Virus record (IMG/VR): IMGVR_UViG_3300032326_001218
Source: an uncultured virus (IMG/VR IMGVR_UViG_3300032326_001218)
Taxonomy: Duplodnaviria > Heunggongvirae > Uroviricota > Caudoviricetes
Direction: 5' to 3' (one strand)
DNA: 64,000 nt
Made by a program: the position numbers and the translations under genes
The notes under the pieces: generated by a model
Told to the model about the DNA's origin: nothing
Seen by the model: the letters and a program-made list of their open reading frames with translations, nothing else
Database searches by the model: none
Shown: piece after piece, positions 46,476-57,213 of the stretch
Numbering within the stretch: position 1 is the first letter of the stretch
Layout: each line of letters opens with the position of its first letter

Positions 46476-49439
46476 ATGAAGGGATTAGCAAAATTTTTAG
46501 TAGAAACAATATTGGAAGAAGCGGCAGGAATGGACAAAGTAGTTGTTGTCTATTCTGGCCGCTTTCAACCATTTCACAAAGGTCACTACGCAACGTATGA
46601 CCATTTGGTTAAGAAATTCGGAAAGGATAGTGTGTATATCGGAACTTCTAATGTTACCGATTCAAAAAAATCTCCATTTAATTTTAAGGAAAAGAAAGTG
46701 ATAATGACAACAATGTTTGGTATTCCATCAAACAAAATAGTCAATATTAAAAATCCTTATGCTCCAGAAGAAATACTTAATAAATTTGATTCAGATACTA
46801 CCGGATTTATAACAGTGGTAGGTGAAAAAGATGCATCTCGTTTAAGTGGTAAATACTTTAAACAATATAAAGGTAAAGTAGATACCGGTTATTTAGATAG
46901 AGGATACGTTTATGCAGCACCTGCACAATCCAATCCAATTAGCGGAACTGATGTTCGTTATTGGTTAAGTGCTGGAAGTGCTACCGATAGAAAGAAAAAC
47001 TTTACAAAAGCATATCCAAAGTTTGATGACCAAGTATTCAAACTAATAACTCTTAAATTAAAAAAATTAAAAGAATCTATTAACGAAGAAATTAAACTAA
47101 ACGTAAAAGTTGGTGATACTTTGTTAATGGGTAAATTCAAAAATAAAAAAGTAGTTGTTAAATCAATAGGTGAGGATGAGTGGGGAATGCCAACAATCAA
47201 TGGTAAGAAAGCAGTAACGTTTAGAATACCTAAAAAAGAACAATTAAAAGAAGTATCGGTTCAATCTCAATTTGGTGTAGAAAGAATAGAAACCGATGAT
47301 GGTACAGGACCTTTTGCATCTTCTTGGAAACAATATCACAATCAATCTAAAGTAAGAGCTAGTAGAATTGGATACGAAGAAGTTGCTGATGATAAGGGAA
47401 AAGCGAAGGAAAAAGAATTGGTAAATTATAAAGAATTAGACCCTCGTACTCAAGTAACAAACTTTCCAATAATGCAAGAGCCAAAGAACACGGATACAAT
47501 AGGTAAATTTACAGCTAAAAGAGCATATACAAATTGGTTGGGTGATGTAATGGATTCCGTAAAAGATATGGGATGGGAAGAAACACTAACTACAAAAGAA
47601 AAAGAACAAAGAAAACAAGCTGAATTGGACGGTAAACAAAATATAAAAGTAGTAAAAGAAAATCTTATTTCAGAAGATGAAATAAACCAAATTGTTGATG
47701 AAATTATTAATGAGATGGGACTTGGTGGCGGAGCTGGTGTAGGTTTATCATTACCTAATGGATATATTAATGGTGCACCAAATCCAAAAGATGTTAAGAA
47801 ATTAAAATCAAAGTTGGATAAAGATGATAGTGAAGAATATCAACCAGTAAAAGAAGACCAGATACCTGGTGGATTAGCAAAGGGTATGACCTTAAAAGAT
47901 ATTGCCAAACACCATAATATCAGTCCACAAACGTTAAAGAACGAATTTATAAAAGGATATGCGGTTGAAAGAGAACATACAACCGATGTTAATATTGCAA
48001 AAGAAATTGCATTAGACCATCTTTACGAAGACCCAAATTATTATAGTAAACTTTCTAAAATTGAAACTCCATTTAATGAAGGAGTAAAAGAATTAGAAAG
48101 AGAAAGAGATAGATTATTTCTTAAAGCGCTTAAAATGATGCCAAATTCACCTGCTCAATTAAAAGTAAGAGCAGAGTTAGATAAAATAATGGCACAACTT
48201 AAAAAAGTTAAAAAAGAATCTTTAAGTGAAGGTTTAATTTTAGAAGGTGGTGCATATGGACATATGGCACATCCATTTGATATTGAAATGGGTTTAACAT
48301 TTGGAGACCTTAAACAAATTGTAGTAAGAGCACTTAATGGTGATTTAGAATTAGCAAGAGAAAAAACCGATGGACAAGCATTAGCAGTTAGTTGGGTAAA
48401 TGGTAGATTAGTTGCAGCTCGTAATAAATCACACCTAAAGAATAAAGGTGAGGGTGCTATGACAATAGGACAAGTAGCTGCTAAGTTTGCCGGTAGAGGT
48501 GGATTGACAGATGCTTATAACTTCGCTATGCAAGACCTTTCAAAAGCAATAGCAGCCCTATCCGAACCTCAACGTAAGAAGATTTTTAAGGATGGTAGTT
48601 CGTTTATGAATTTGGAAGTAATATATCCAACCTCCGTAAATGTAATCCCCTACAATCAACCGCTATTAGTGTTTCATGGTACTTTTGATTATGATGTAGA
48701 TGGTACTATTGTAGGTGAGAATCAGCAAGCGGCAACTATATTGGGTGGTATGATTAAGCAAGTAAATGCGCACGTACAATCAAAGTACACAATTCAGGGA
48801 CCACCAATGAATAAATTACCTAAATCAGAACACCTTTCTAAATTACAAGGAAAGTATATTTCAATGATTAGTAAATTACAATCTGAATTTGGATTATCCG
48901 ATTCCGATGGTGTAGCCGATTATCACCAAGCATGGTGGACGGATTTTGTAGAAAAGAAAGCTAAAAAATTAGATACTCAAGAAAAAATAGGATTGGTTAA
49001 ACGATGGGCGTTTGGTGATAAATCATTCCGTATCAATACAATCCAAGATGATAAATTAAGAGCATGGGCTGAGCAAACTGATAAACAAGACCAACAAAAG
49101 ATATCAAAACAAAACCTAATGAGATTTGAGGAGATATTTTTAGGAGTTGGTGCGGATGTATTATCATTTATGAGTTCAGTACTTACCGCAAACCCTGATA
49201 GTGCCAAAAGACAAATGGTAGCTCGTTTAGAATCTACAATATCTCAAGTAAAAGCAAGTGGTGACCCTAAAAAGATTGCAAAATTAAAATTGGAGTTACA
49301 AAGACTTAACGCTTTAGGTGGATTTGATAAAATTGTACCAAACGAAGGTATTGTATTTGTCTATGGTGGTAACACTTACAAATTAACTGGCGCATTTGCA
49401 CCATTAAATCAAATTTTGGGAATATTTTTTGATTCTTAA
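46476..49439 (+). CDS. multi-domain protein: HxGH nucleotidyltransferase, small modules, and a C-terminal KxDG ligase-like nucleotidyltransferase; start likely ATG 46476
   Basis: GRFQPFHKGH...SPF...ISGT; EREHT...IALDHL.EDP.YY; EKTDG...NLE...EGIVF...YKLTG. Confidence 0.7.
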   Translation: MKGLAKFLVETILEEAAGMDKVVVVYSGRFQPFHKGHYATYDHLVKKFGKDSVYIGTSNVTDSKKSPFNFKEKKVIMTTMFGIPSNKIVNIKNPYAPEEILNKFDSDTTGFITVVGEKDASRLSGKYFKQYKGKVDTGYLDRGYVYAAPAQSNPISGTDVRYWLSAGSATDRKKNFTKAYPKFDDQVFKLITLKLKKLKESINEEIKLNVKVGDTLLMGKFKNKKVVVKSIGEDEWGMPTINGKKAVTFRIPKKEQLKEVSVQSQFGVERIETDDGTGPFASSWKQYHNQSKVRASRIGYEEVADDKGKAKEKELVNYKELDPRTQVTNFPIMQEPKNTDTIGKFTAKRAYTNWLGDVMDSVKDMGWEETLTTKEKEQRKQAELDGKQNIKVVKENLISEDEINQIVDEIINEMGLGGGAGVGLSLPNGYINGAPNPKDVKKLKSKLDKDDSEEYQPVKEDQIPGGLAKGMTLKDIAKHHNISPQTLKNEFIKGYAVEREHTTDVNIAKEIALDHLYEDPNYYSKLSKIETPFNEGVKELERERDRLFLKALKMMPNSPAQLKVRAELDKIMAQLKKVKKESLSEGLILEGGAYGHMAHPFDIEMGLTFGDLKQIVVRALNGDLELAREKTDGQALAVSWVNGRLVAARNKSHLKNKGEGAMTIGQVAAKFAGRGGLTDAYNFAMQDLSKAIAALSEPQRKKIFKDGSSFMNLEVIYPTSVNVIPYNQPLLVFHGTFDYDVDGTIVGENQQAATILGGMIKQVNAHVQSKYTIQGPPMNKLPKSEHLSKLQGKYISMISKLQSEFGLSDSDGVADYHQAWWTDFVEKKAKKLDTQEKIGLVKRWAFGDKSFRINTIQDDKLRAWAEQTDKQDQQKISKQNLMRFEEIFLGVGADVLSFMSSVLTANPDSAKRQMVARLESTISQVKASGDPKKIAKLKLELQRLNALGGFDKIVPNEGIVFVYGGNTYKLTGAFAPLNQILGIFFDS

Positions 49440-49490
49440 TCGTTTTTTGAATTTTGATATACTTATATATACAAATATATTGTAAGTAAT

Positions 49491-50174
49491 ATGGCAAGAG
49501 AATTCAATAAAAAATTCATGCATCCAACCCGAAAAAAGTTGGTAGATATGGTTTTAACGGGTGGAGAATATGAAAAGGAAACACAAATTTCATTCGCAGG
49601 AGCTGATAAAAAGAAAGTAAAAAGGAAAGTTGGTGAAAGGTGGACTGATGATAATGGTAGGTCTTGGGAACAACATGCTGCGGGTAAAATAGAAGTTTCG
49701 GAATTAGGTGATATTATGGCTGAGACTAGAGCTTATTTGGATAAGTTAAATAGTTGTAAAGCTGAAGATTGTAAAACAATCAAAATAGGTAGAGTTGATA
49801 AAAAATTAATATCTAAAACCGGATATTGTATAACTTGTCTTGCAAAAAAAGAAAGAATAATCAAAACTGATGGCTTGTGGGAAGCATATGAAGATTATAA
49901 GATATACTCTAATATGATTGCATACGGTAATGATGTGATTGCACAATTCAAACAGGCTTATAACGATGCTAAACAAACATACGAAGTAATTCAAGAAGAT
50001 GGAAAGATTGAAACTTGGAGTATGGAAAGAGATGTTGATGAACTCAAAGCAGAAATACTTTTAGATATTGTTAATTTTGAAAAAGAAGTTGAACAGGCTA
50101 CAAAATTAAGAAATGAGGCTTACGAAAAATTAAAAGATAAAAATTACGATTTAGTAAGACCTATTAACGATTAA
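49491..50174 (+). CDS. hypothetical protein upstream of terminase with a Cys cluster (possible Zn binding)
   Basis: CKAEDC...YCITC; 227 aa. Confidence 0.6.
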   Translation: MAREFNKKFMHPTRKKLVDMVLTGGEYEKETQISFAGADKKKVKRKVGERWTDDNGRSWEQHAAGKIEVSELGDIMAETRAYLDKLNSCKAEDCKTIKIGRVDKKLISKTGYCITCLAKKERIIKTDGLWEAYEDYKIYSNMIAYGNDVIAQFKQAYNDAKQTYEVIQEDGKIETWSMERDVDELKAEILLDIVNFEKEVEQATKLRNEAYEKLKDKNYDLVRPIND

Positions 50175-50175
50175 T

Positions 50176-51771
50176 ATGAGTACTGGAATTACACAAAAAA
50201 AATCCTTAAAGGATATAATAGCAGATGAATACAAAAAGTGCGCGGTAGACCCGATTCACTTTATGAAAAAGTATTGTATGATTCAGCATCCGGTGAGAGG
50301 TAAGATACCTTTTCACCTTTTCCCATTTCAGGAACAAACTCTAACACAATTTAAAGATAACCGATTTAATATAGTATTGAAATCACGTCAAACTGGTATC
50401 TCAACACTTTCAGCTGGATACGCACTTTGGAAAATGATATTCAATACCGATTTCAATGTGTTGGTAATTGCAACAAAACAAGATGTAGCAAAGAACCTAG
50501 TAACTAAAGTAAGGGTAATGCACGATTTATTACCAAGTTGGTTAAAGGGTGGTTCTTTGGAAGATAATAAACTTTCCCTTCGTTTAAATAATGGTTCTCA
50601 AATTAAAGCGATTGCGAGTTCACCTGATGCAGGACGTTCGGAAGCATTATCACTTCTAATATTTGATGAGGCTGCGTTCATTGATGATATTGATGAGATT
50701 TGGGTAGCGGCACAATCAACCTTATCAACGGGTGGTAGTTGTATTGCACTTTCTACTCCTAATGGTGTGGGTAACTGGTTCCACAAAACTTGGTTAGATG
50801 CCGAAGAAGGAACAAATCCGTTTAATACAATACGATTACATTGGACAGTACATCCTGAAAGAGACCAGAGTTGGAGAGATGAACAACAACGATTATTGGG
50901 TGCTAAAAAAGCAGCTCAAGAATGTGATTGTGACTTCGTATCTTCGGGTGATACTGTAATTGATCCAGAATTATTAATGTTCTATAAAGAAACATATTGT
51001 CAAAATCCAATTGAAAAAACTGGATTTGATGGGAATCTTTGGAGATGGGAATATCCAACTACAAACGGCTCTTATATGGTAGTAGCGGACGTTGCCAGAG
51101 GTGATGGTGCTGACTTTTCTGGATGTCACGTAATAGATGTACAAAACGCAACACAGGTTGCAGAATACAAAGGTAAAATTGAAACAAAAGATTTTGGAAA
51201 CTTTTTAGTAAACTTATCAACTGAATATAATGATGCTTTATTAGTAATAGAAAACTCAAATATTGGTTGGGCGTGTATTCAACAATGTATAGATAGAGAT
51301 TATAAAAACTTATTCTATATGAGTAAGGATTTAAAATATGTGGATGTTGAACATCAAATGAAAAATAAATATAGAGCAGATGAGAGGCAAATGGTAGCTG
51401 GGTTTTCAACAACATCTAAAACTAGACCTTTAATTATTTCTAAATTAGATGAATATTTTAGAGAAAAATCGGTAACAATCCGTTCTAATCGTTTAATTGA
51501 TGAATTATTTACTTTTATATTCATTAATGGTAGAGCAGAAGCTATGAAGGGTTATAACGATGACCTTACGATGGCATTATCAATTGGATTGTGGGTAAGG
51601 GATACTGCACTTCGTTTAAGACAAGAAGGTATTGACCTTACAAAGAGAACTTTGGGTGGTATTTCATCAAATATGCAGCATGCCGGTGTATATGGACCTG
51701 CTGATAGAGATGATAATCCTTGGAAGATGAAAATTGGTGATGATTTTGAGGATTTATCACAATGGTTATAA
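50176..51771 (+). CDS. gp17: terminase large subunit (T4 gp17-like)
   Basis: LFPFQ, KSRQTGIST, LIFDEAAF, STPNG, VADVARG.G.D, NDDL.MAL. Confidence 0.95.
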   Translation: MSTGITQKKSLKDIIADEYKKCAVDPIHFMKKYCMIQHPVRGKIPFHLFPFQEQTLTQFKDNRFNIVLKSRQTGISTLSAGYALWKMIFNTDFNVLVIATKQDVAKNLVTKVRVMHDLLPSWLKGGSLEDNKLSLRLNNGSQIKAIASSPDAGRSEALSLLIFDEAAFIDDIDEIWVAAQSTLSTGGSCIALSTPNGVGNWFHKTWLDAEEGTNPFNTIRLHWTVHPERDQSWRDEQQRLLGAKKAAQECDCDFVSSGDTVIDPELLMFYKETYCQNPIEKTGFDGNLWRWEYPTTNGSYMVVADVARGDGADFSGCHVIDVQNATQVAEYKGKIETKDFGNFLVNLSTEYNDALLVIENSNIGWACIQQCIDRDYKNLFYMSKDLKYVDVEHQMKNKYRADERQMVAGFSTTSKTRPLIISKLDEYFREKSVTIRSNRLIDELFTFIFINGRAEAMKGYNDDLTMALSIGLWVRDTALRLRQEGIDLTKRTLGGISSNMQHAGVYGPADRDDNPWKMKIGDDFEDLSQWL

Positions 51772-51835
51772 ATTGTAGGGTTTTGACAATTTCAGATATT
51801 TATGATATATGTCAAAATAGAAAAAGGAGACCAAA

Positions 51836-52273
51836 ATGATTAAATTAACAAATATCCTAAAAGAAGATGAATATGTAGATAAAGCATATTCAAAAGGAGA
51901 CCAACCAGCTGATAATCCAATTGATGATTATGATGAATTGGATGTAGAGCAAGAAGATATGGATGATTTTATCAACTATCTTAAAGCATATTCACAATCA
52001 TTGGATGAAGCTAATTGTAGTTGTGTATTTGAAGCCGAATATCAGGGTAGAGAAGTGAAATTGGGCAAACCAATGGCAGGTGATGTGAAAAAGTTTAAGG
52101 TATATGTTAAAAATCCTAAAACTGGTAAAGTTATTAAAGTAAACTTTGGACAGAAAGGAGTAAAAATTAAGAAAAATAATCCTGGTAGAAGGGCTAATTT
52201 TAGAGCAAGACACAATTGTGATAATCCCGGTCCAAGAACAAAAGCAAGATATTGGTCTTGTAGAAAATGGTAA
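51836..52273 (+). CDS. hypothetical protein: acidic MIKL leader plus a basic Cys/His domain
   Basis: MIKLTNILKE...VFEAEYQG...FRARHNC...YWSCRKW. Confidence 0.7.
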   Translation: MIKLTNILKEDEYVDKAYSKGDQPADNPIDDYDELDVEQEDMDDFINYLKAYSQSLDEANCSCVFEAEYQGREVKLGKPMAGDVKKFKVYVKNPKTGKVIKVNFGQKGVKIKKNNPGRRANFRARHNCDNPGPRTKARYWSCRKW

Positions 52274-52281
52274 AATAAATT

Positions 52282-54057
52282 ATGGCAGAACAATTTCAAG
52301 ACGATAGGAGTTTCTTTGGGAGACTAAAAAAACTATTTTCAACCAATGCAATCGTAACCGTTGATAAAGATGGTAAACGTAGAGTGGTTGATATTGAAGA
52401 CCGTCAATCAAATACAAACTTTGTAAATTTAAGAGATAGATATACGAAGTTACAAAGGTCTTATTTTGAAACTCATCAGGGTGCTCAATCAATGGCATAT
52501 CATCAAGTTCGTAGAGAACTTTTTAGAGATTATGATGCTATGGATATGGACCCAATCATTGGTTCTGCTTTAGATATATATGCGGATGAAAGTACAACTA
52601 AAAATGAATATGGTGATGTACTTCAAATTAAATCCACAAATGAGAATGTAAGAGAAATGCTTCACAATTTATTCTATGATATAATGAATGTGGAGTTTAA
52701 CTTATGGCCTTGGATTAGAAACCTTGTAAAATATGGTGATGCTTTTTTGGCATTAGAAATCCTACCTGGTAAAGGTATTATCAACGTAGCACCTCACTCA
52801 ACATATAATGTAGAAAGATTAGAAGGTACTGACCCAAACAATCCTGATTATGTAAAATATAAGATTGAATTGGATAGATTTGGCAAGAAGGAATATGAGC
52901 AATATGAGATGGCTCACTTTAGAATGTTATCAGATACTAACTTCCTTCCTTATGGTAAATCAATGATTGAGGGTGCAAGAAGAATTTGGAAACAATTATC
53001 ACTTATGGAAGATGCGATGTTAATCCATCGTATTATGAGAGCACCTGAAAAAAGAGTGTTCAAAATTGATATAGGTAATATCCCACCGCAGGAAGTAGAT
53101 AACTATATGCAAAAAATTATCAATAAAATGAAGAAAACTCCATTTGTTGATAAGAACACCGGAGATTACAACTTAAAATATAATATCCAAAACCTTACCG
53201 AAGATTTCTTCCTACCTGTACGTGGTAGTGATAGTGGTACTAATATTGATAACTTAGCTGGATTAGATTATGCAGCAATTGAAGATATTGATTATTTAAA
53301 ACATAAATTATTTGCAGCATTGAGAGTACCAAAGGCTTACTTATCATATGATGAGAACGTTAATGGTAAAGCTACATTAGCAGCTGAAGATGTTCGTTTT
53401 GCTAGAACTATTGAGAGAATCCAACGTACGGTTGTTAGTGAATTGGCAAAAATTGCTGTAGTACATTTAGCAGCAAATGGTATAGAAGATTCTGAAATGA
53501 CAAACTTTGAATTAAGTTTAACAAACGCTTCTACAATTTATGAACAAGAAAAAGTTAATTTGTGGAGTGAGAAGGTAAGATTGGCATCGGATGCAAAAGC
53601 ACTTAATATGTTATCATCTGATTGGGCATATCACAATATCTTTGGATTATCTCAAGACGAAATTGATACTGAAAGAGCTAAAGTGATTTTAGACCTTAAA
53701 GATAGATTTAGACATAGTTCAATTGAACAACAAGGACAAGACCCTGCTAATCCACCAGAACAACAAAATGTAGAAGAAGAAATCAATAAATTAAAAACTG
53801 AAATTGAATTGAATAGAGGGGTTGGAAGACCTAGAGAAGGAAACACTTATGGTAAAGATAAACACCCATACGGTAGAGACCCGTTGGGAGATGAAGAAAA
53901 TCATAAGGAGAGAAAACGAGATGATAGATATTTAAATACAAACGCTAAGAAATTAGCAAGAGAATATATAAACGGAATTTCATCAAAAAAGACGGTTTTA
54001 AATGAAAAATCGGGTATGCTTGATGAAAAAAACCTATTAGACGATACAAAAATTTAA
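52282..54057 (+). CDS. gp20: portal protein (T4 gp20-like)
   Basis: MEDAMLIHRIMRAPEKRVFKID.GN, EDFFLPVRG..SGT.I..L.G, IEDIDY..KLF.ALRVPK. Confidence 0.93.
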   Translation: MAEQFQDDRSFFGRLKKLFSTNAIVTVDKDGKRRVVDIEDRQSNTNFVNLRDRYTKLQRSYFETHQGAQSMAYHQVRRELFRDYDAMDMDPIIGSALDIYADESTTKNEYGDVLQIKSTNENVREMLHNLFYDIMNVEFNLWPWIRNLVKYGDAFLALEILPGKGIINVAPHSTYNVERLEGTDPNNPDYVKYKIELDRFGKKEYEQYEMAHFRMLSDTNFLPYGKSMIEGARRIWKQLSLMEDAMLIHRIMRAPEKRVFKIDIGNIPPQEVDNYMQKIINKMKKTPFVDKNTGDYNLKYNIQNLTEDFFLPVRGSDSGTNIDNLAGLDYAAIEDIDYLKHKLFAALRVPKAYLSYDENVNGKATLAAEDVRFARTIERIQRTVVSELAKIAVVHLAANGIEDSEMTNFELSLTNASTIYEQEKVNLWSEKVRLASDAKALNMLSSDWAYHNIFGLSQDEIDTERAKVILDLKDRFRHSSIEQQGQDPANPPEQQNVEEEINKLKTEIELNRGVGRPREGNTYGKDKHPYGRDPLGDEENHKERKRDDRYLNTNAKKLAREYINGISSKKTVLNEKSGMLDEKNLLDDTKI

Positions 54058-54123
54058 TAAACATTAATTTGTTTATATTTATATGTGTTAGTTTATAGGG
54101 TAGAACAAATATAGGGTAAGTAA

Positions 54124-54993
54124 ATGAAAAAAATTAAACATTCCAAGTTTAAGAATACTGGAGTGTTATTTGAGCTTTTAGTAAGACAAATAACATTGGA
54201 AGTTCTTAATGGCGATAAGACCGAAAACGCTAAAAAAATCGTAAAAGAGTTCTTTGCTCCAAATACGGAGTTAAATAAAGAACTACGTCTTTATGATATA
54301 CTATTAAAGGAAAAATATAGTTCTGAAACAAAAGCAGATAGATTGGTAGAAACGGTATGTGATGCACATGCTAAATTGAACCAAAATACACTTTCTAAAG
54401 AAAAATTTAACCTTATTAAAGAAATTTCGGCAAAATTTGAAATTGAACAATTCCTATCATCCCCCATTTCTAACTATAAAGTACTAGCATCTATCTATAA
54501 AGTATTTGAATCTAAAAGAGCAGAAGGATATGATATTAAAGATATCTTTAATTCTAAAATTACCCTAATTGAAAACATTACCTCAAAGCCTGCTTTAAAA
54601 ACTCAACCAACCGAAGATAAGAAGTTGATTGAAACCTATAAACAACAAGACAAAGACCTACGATTACTTACCTATAAGATTCTAGTAGAAACTTTCAACA
54701 AAAAATATACAAATTTAGATAATTCTCAAAAGAATTTGTTGAAAGAATATATAAACAACATCTCAAATACTACCAAATTCGTAGATTATGTTGGAAAAGA
54801 ATTACCAAATATAATTGCAGAATTGAATAGTATTAAATCAAAACTAAAAGATAAAGTTACACAAATTAAATTATCAGAAACTATTTCCGTTTTAGAAAAA
54901 ATGAAAATTGGAAAAAGTGTATCTGATGGACAAGTTTCATCTATTATGCTTTCTTATGAGCTAATTAAGGAACTTAAATCTAAAGTAAAATAA
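54124..54993 (+). CDS. head-region hypothetical helical protein
   Basis: 289-aa ORF after ATATTTAT at 54075. Confidence 0.7.
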   Translation: MKKIKHSKFKNTGVLFELLVRQITLEVLNGDKTENAKKIVKEFFAPNTELNKELRLYDILLKEKYSSETKADRLVETVCDAHAKLNQNTLSKEKFNLIKEISAKFEIEQFLSSPISNYKVLASIYKVFESKRAEGYDIKDIFNSKITLIENITSKPALKTQPTEDKKLIETYKQQDKDLRLLTYKILVETFNKKYTNLDNSQKNLLKEYINNISNTTKFVDYVGKELPNIIAELNSIKSKLKDKVTQIKLSETISVLEKMKIGKSVSDGQVSSIMLSYELIKELKSKVK

Positions 54994-55556
54994 TGGAAGC
55001 AAGATTAAAAGAAGCTATTCGTAAATACGTTAGAGAAAGAAACATTCAAAGAACATTGGATGAAATGAGTGTAACTGGAAACGTTGCAGGATATAATACT
55101 CCCGCTGCATTTGCTAAACCTGGACAAACTGCAAAGAAAAATAATAGATTAGCAAAAGTAACCGGTGGAACCGTAGTTGATAATTTAGAAGAAGGTGAAA
55201 AGGATTGGGCGTTGGGTGATGTGCCAGCTAGTAAAGATGAAGCATTGCCAATGAAACCAACTGCAGCAAAAGAAGTTGATAAAGCAAAAGTTGCTGATAT
55301 TAGTGGAATGATTGTTGCAGAAAATAGATGGTTAGAATTAAAAAGAGAAGAATCTTCACCAAGAGCAAAAGTTGGTAGAGGAGTTTCTAATATACACAAA
55401 CAACTTTCTGAAATAGAGAAGTTTGTTAATTGGTATTCTAAAATTAAGACTGAAAATGGACTTAAGAAAGAAGATTACTGGAAAAGAACAAATGCATCTT
55501 TATATAAAATCAGAGAAAGGTTAATGGGAATAACTGAAAAATTAAGAACTTTATAA
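54993..55556 (+). CDS. head-region hypothetical protein (candidate core/internal protein)
   Basis: LKEAIRKYVRE, LDEM, LEEG, VAEN motifs. Confidence 0.65.
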   Translation: MEARLKEAIRKYVRERNIQRTLDEMSVTGNVAGYNTPAAFAKPGQTAKKNNRLAKVTGGTVVDNLEEGEKDWALGDVPASKDEALPMKPTAAKEVDKAKVADISGMIVAENRWLELKREESSPRAKVGRGVSNIHKQLSEIEKFVNWYSKIKTENGLKKEDYWKRTNASLYKIRERLMGITEKLRTL

Positions 55557-55557
55557 G

Positions 55558-56604
55558 ATGCCAGCACAATCAAAAGCACAGCAAAGATTTATGGGTATGG
55601 TCCATGCAGTACAAAAAGGAGACATGGAAGCACCATCTAAAGAAGTTGAAAAAGCAGCAGATTCAATGAAAAAGAAAGATGCTAAAGATTTTGCATCTAC
55701 AAAACACAAAGGATTACCTATGTACAAAGAAACAATATCAAGAGAAAGATTAAAAGAACTTGTAAAAGAAGTAATGGTAGAAGAAGCAGATTATCAAGCA
55801 TTCTTCAAAAAAGCTTTAGAAAAAGCTGGGAAGGGTATCAATGATATGACAGACGATGAAAAGAAAGCATTCTTTAATAAAGTTGATTCTGCTTGGAATG
55901 GTAGAGGTGAAAAAACTGAAGCATTAAAAGGTGACCAACATAAATTAGATGTTGATGGTGATGGTGATATTGAAGGAGATGATTTAGCAGATTTAAGAGC
56001 TGGTAAAACTAATGAAGATATTTCAACCGAATTACCAAAAGCAACAATCCCATCGGCAATCAATCAAAGATTAGAACTTGCTATTAGTAAAATTAGTGCA
56101 GCAAAACTTTCTTCAACTCAAAAACTTCAATTAATCGCAAAGATGGTTGATGGTTTAGGATTAGATAAGACTCAATTAGGAAATATTACTAGTAAGATTA
56201 GAAGTAAAATGGAATCAGTAAATGAAGATTTTTCAAAAGGGGAATTGGTTTGGTTTAATCGTGGACAAAACGAAAGAGGAATGACCATATCTACTCCAGT
56301 AGTTGGTAGACTATCTAAAATAGTTGGTAGTAAAAATGTAGAAATACAAGTTATATCCCCTTCAAATTCAAAAGGAGATATATTCACTACCGATAAAAAC
56401 AGCTTAAAGATGTTTCCACAAAAAGGCAAAAAAGTTCGTATGGACGTGGTAATGAATGGTGGGCAAGGGTCTGGTTCTCAAAGCTTTGATGAAATTGAAG
56501 GAGTGGTTGTATCTGCTGACCCTAATACTAAACAAATTGTAATTAAAAATAAAGAAGGAAAGAATGTAAAATTACATTTGTATAACATTCTTAAAATTAA
56601 ATAA
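55558..56604 (+). CDS. multi-module head-region protein with an EF-hand-like motif
   Basis: MPAQSKAQQRFMG module; LDVDGDGDIEGDDL; modules separated by MVEE/KTEA/TNED/VNED. Confidence 0.65.
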   Translation: MPAQSKAQQRFMGMVHAVQKGDMEAPSKEVEKAADSMKKKDAKDFASTKHKGLPMYKETISRERLKELVKEVMVEEADYQAFFKKALEKAGKGINDMTDDEKKAFFNKVDSAWNGRGEKTEALKGDQHKLDVDGDGDIEGDDLADLRAGKTNEDISTELPKATIPSAINQRLELAISKISAAKLSSTQKLQLIAKMVDGLGLDKTQLGNITSKIRSKMESVNEDFSKGELVWFNRGQNERGMTISTPVVGRLSKIVGSKNVEIQVISPSNSKGDIFTTDKNSLKMFPQKGKKVRMDVVMNGGQGSGSQSFDEIEGVVVSADPNTKQIVIKNKEGKNVKLHLYNILKIK

Positions 56605-56618
56605 GAATATAAAGTAAT

Positions 56619-57212
56619 ATGAAAGGACTCTTAATAGAAACGCACTTATTTGAAGGTAAGATAAAAGAAGATGAAGGTGGAAGAACCCTAGTTAAAGGTG
56701 TCTTACAAAGAGCTGGTGCTGAAAACCAGAATGGTAGAGTATATCCAAAGCCTATATTAGAAAGAGAAGCTAAGAAATACTTAACATTCATTAAAGAACG
56801 TAGAGCATTGGGTGAATTAGACCATCCGGATTCTACCGTTATTAACTTAAAGAACGTATCACATAACATCAGAGAAATTTGGTGGGAAGGTGATGACCTT
56901 TGTGGGACTGTTGAAATATTAGGAACTCCATCTGGTAACATTCTTAAAGAGTTATTAAAAGCTGGAATTCTATTAGGTATTTCTTCAAGAGGTATGGGTT
57001 CAACTAGACCTATGAGTGGAAATAAAGTAGAAGTACAAGAAGACTTTGAATTGATTGGTTGGGATTTTGTTTCTAATCCATCTACACATGGTGCATTTAT
57101 GGTCCCAATGAACGAATCCGTAAATCCACTAAAAAATATTGGTACTGATGTTTGTGGAGAATACTGCAAGGCACAAGACCTAATGAGAGAAATAATAACT
57201 GAAATAGCATAA
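56619..57212 (+). CDS. gp21: prohead core protease (T4 gp21-like)
   Basis: NQNGRVYP, ALGELDHP, VSH, GTPSG, LGISSRGMGS, DFVSNPS. Confidence 0.95.
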   Translation: MKGLLIETHLFEGKIKEDEGGRTLVKGVLQRAGAENQNGRVYPKPILEREAKKYLTFIKERRALGELDHPDSTVINLKNVSHNIREIWWEGDDLCGTVEILGTPSGNILKELLKAGILLGISSRGMGSTRPMSGNKVEVQEDFELIGWDFVSNPSTHGAFMVPMNESVNPLKNIGTDVCGEYCKAQDLMREIITEIA

Positions 57213-57213
57213 G

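Noticed and set aside
49491..50174. Terminase small subunit
   Set aside because: The position fits, but I recognise no supporting motif, so it is left as hypothetical.
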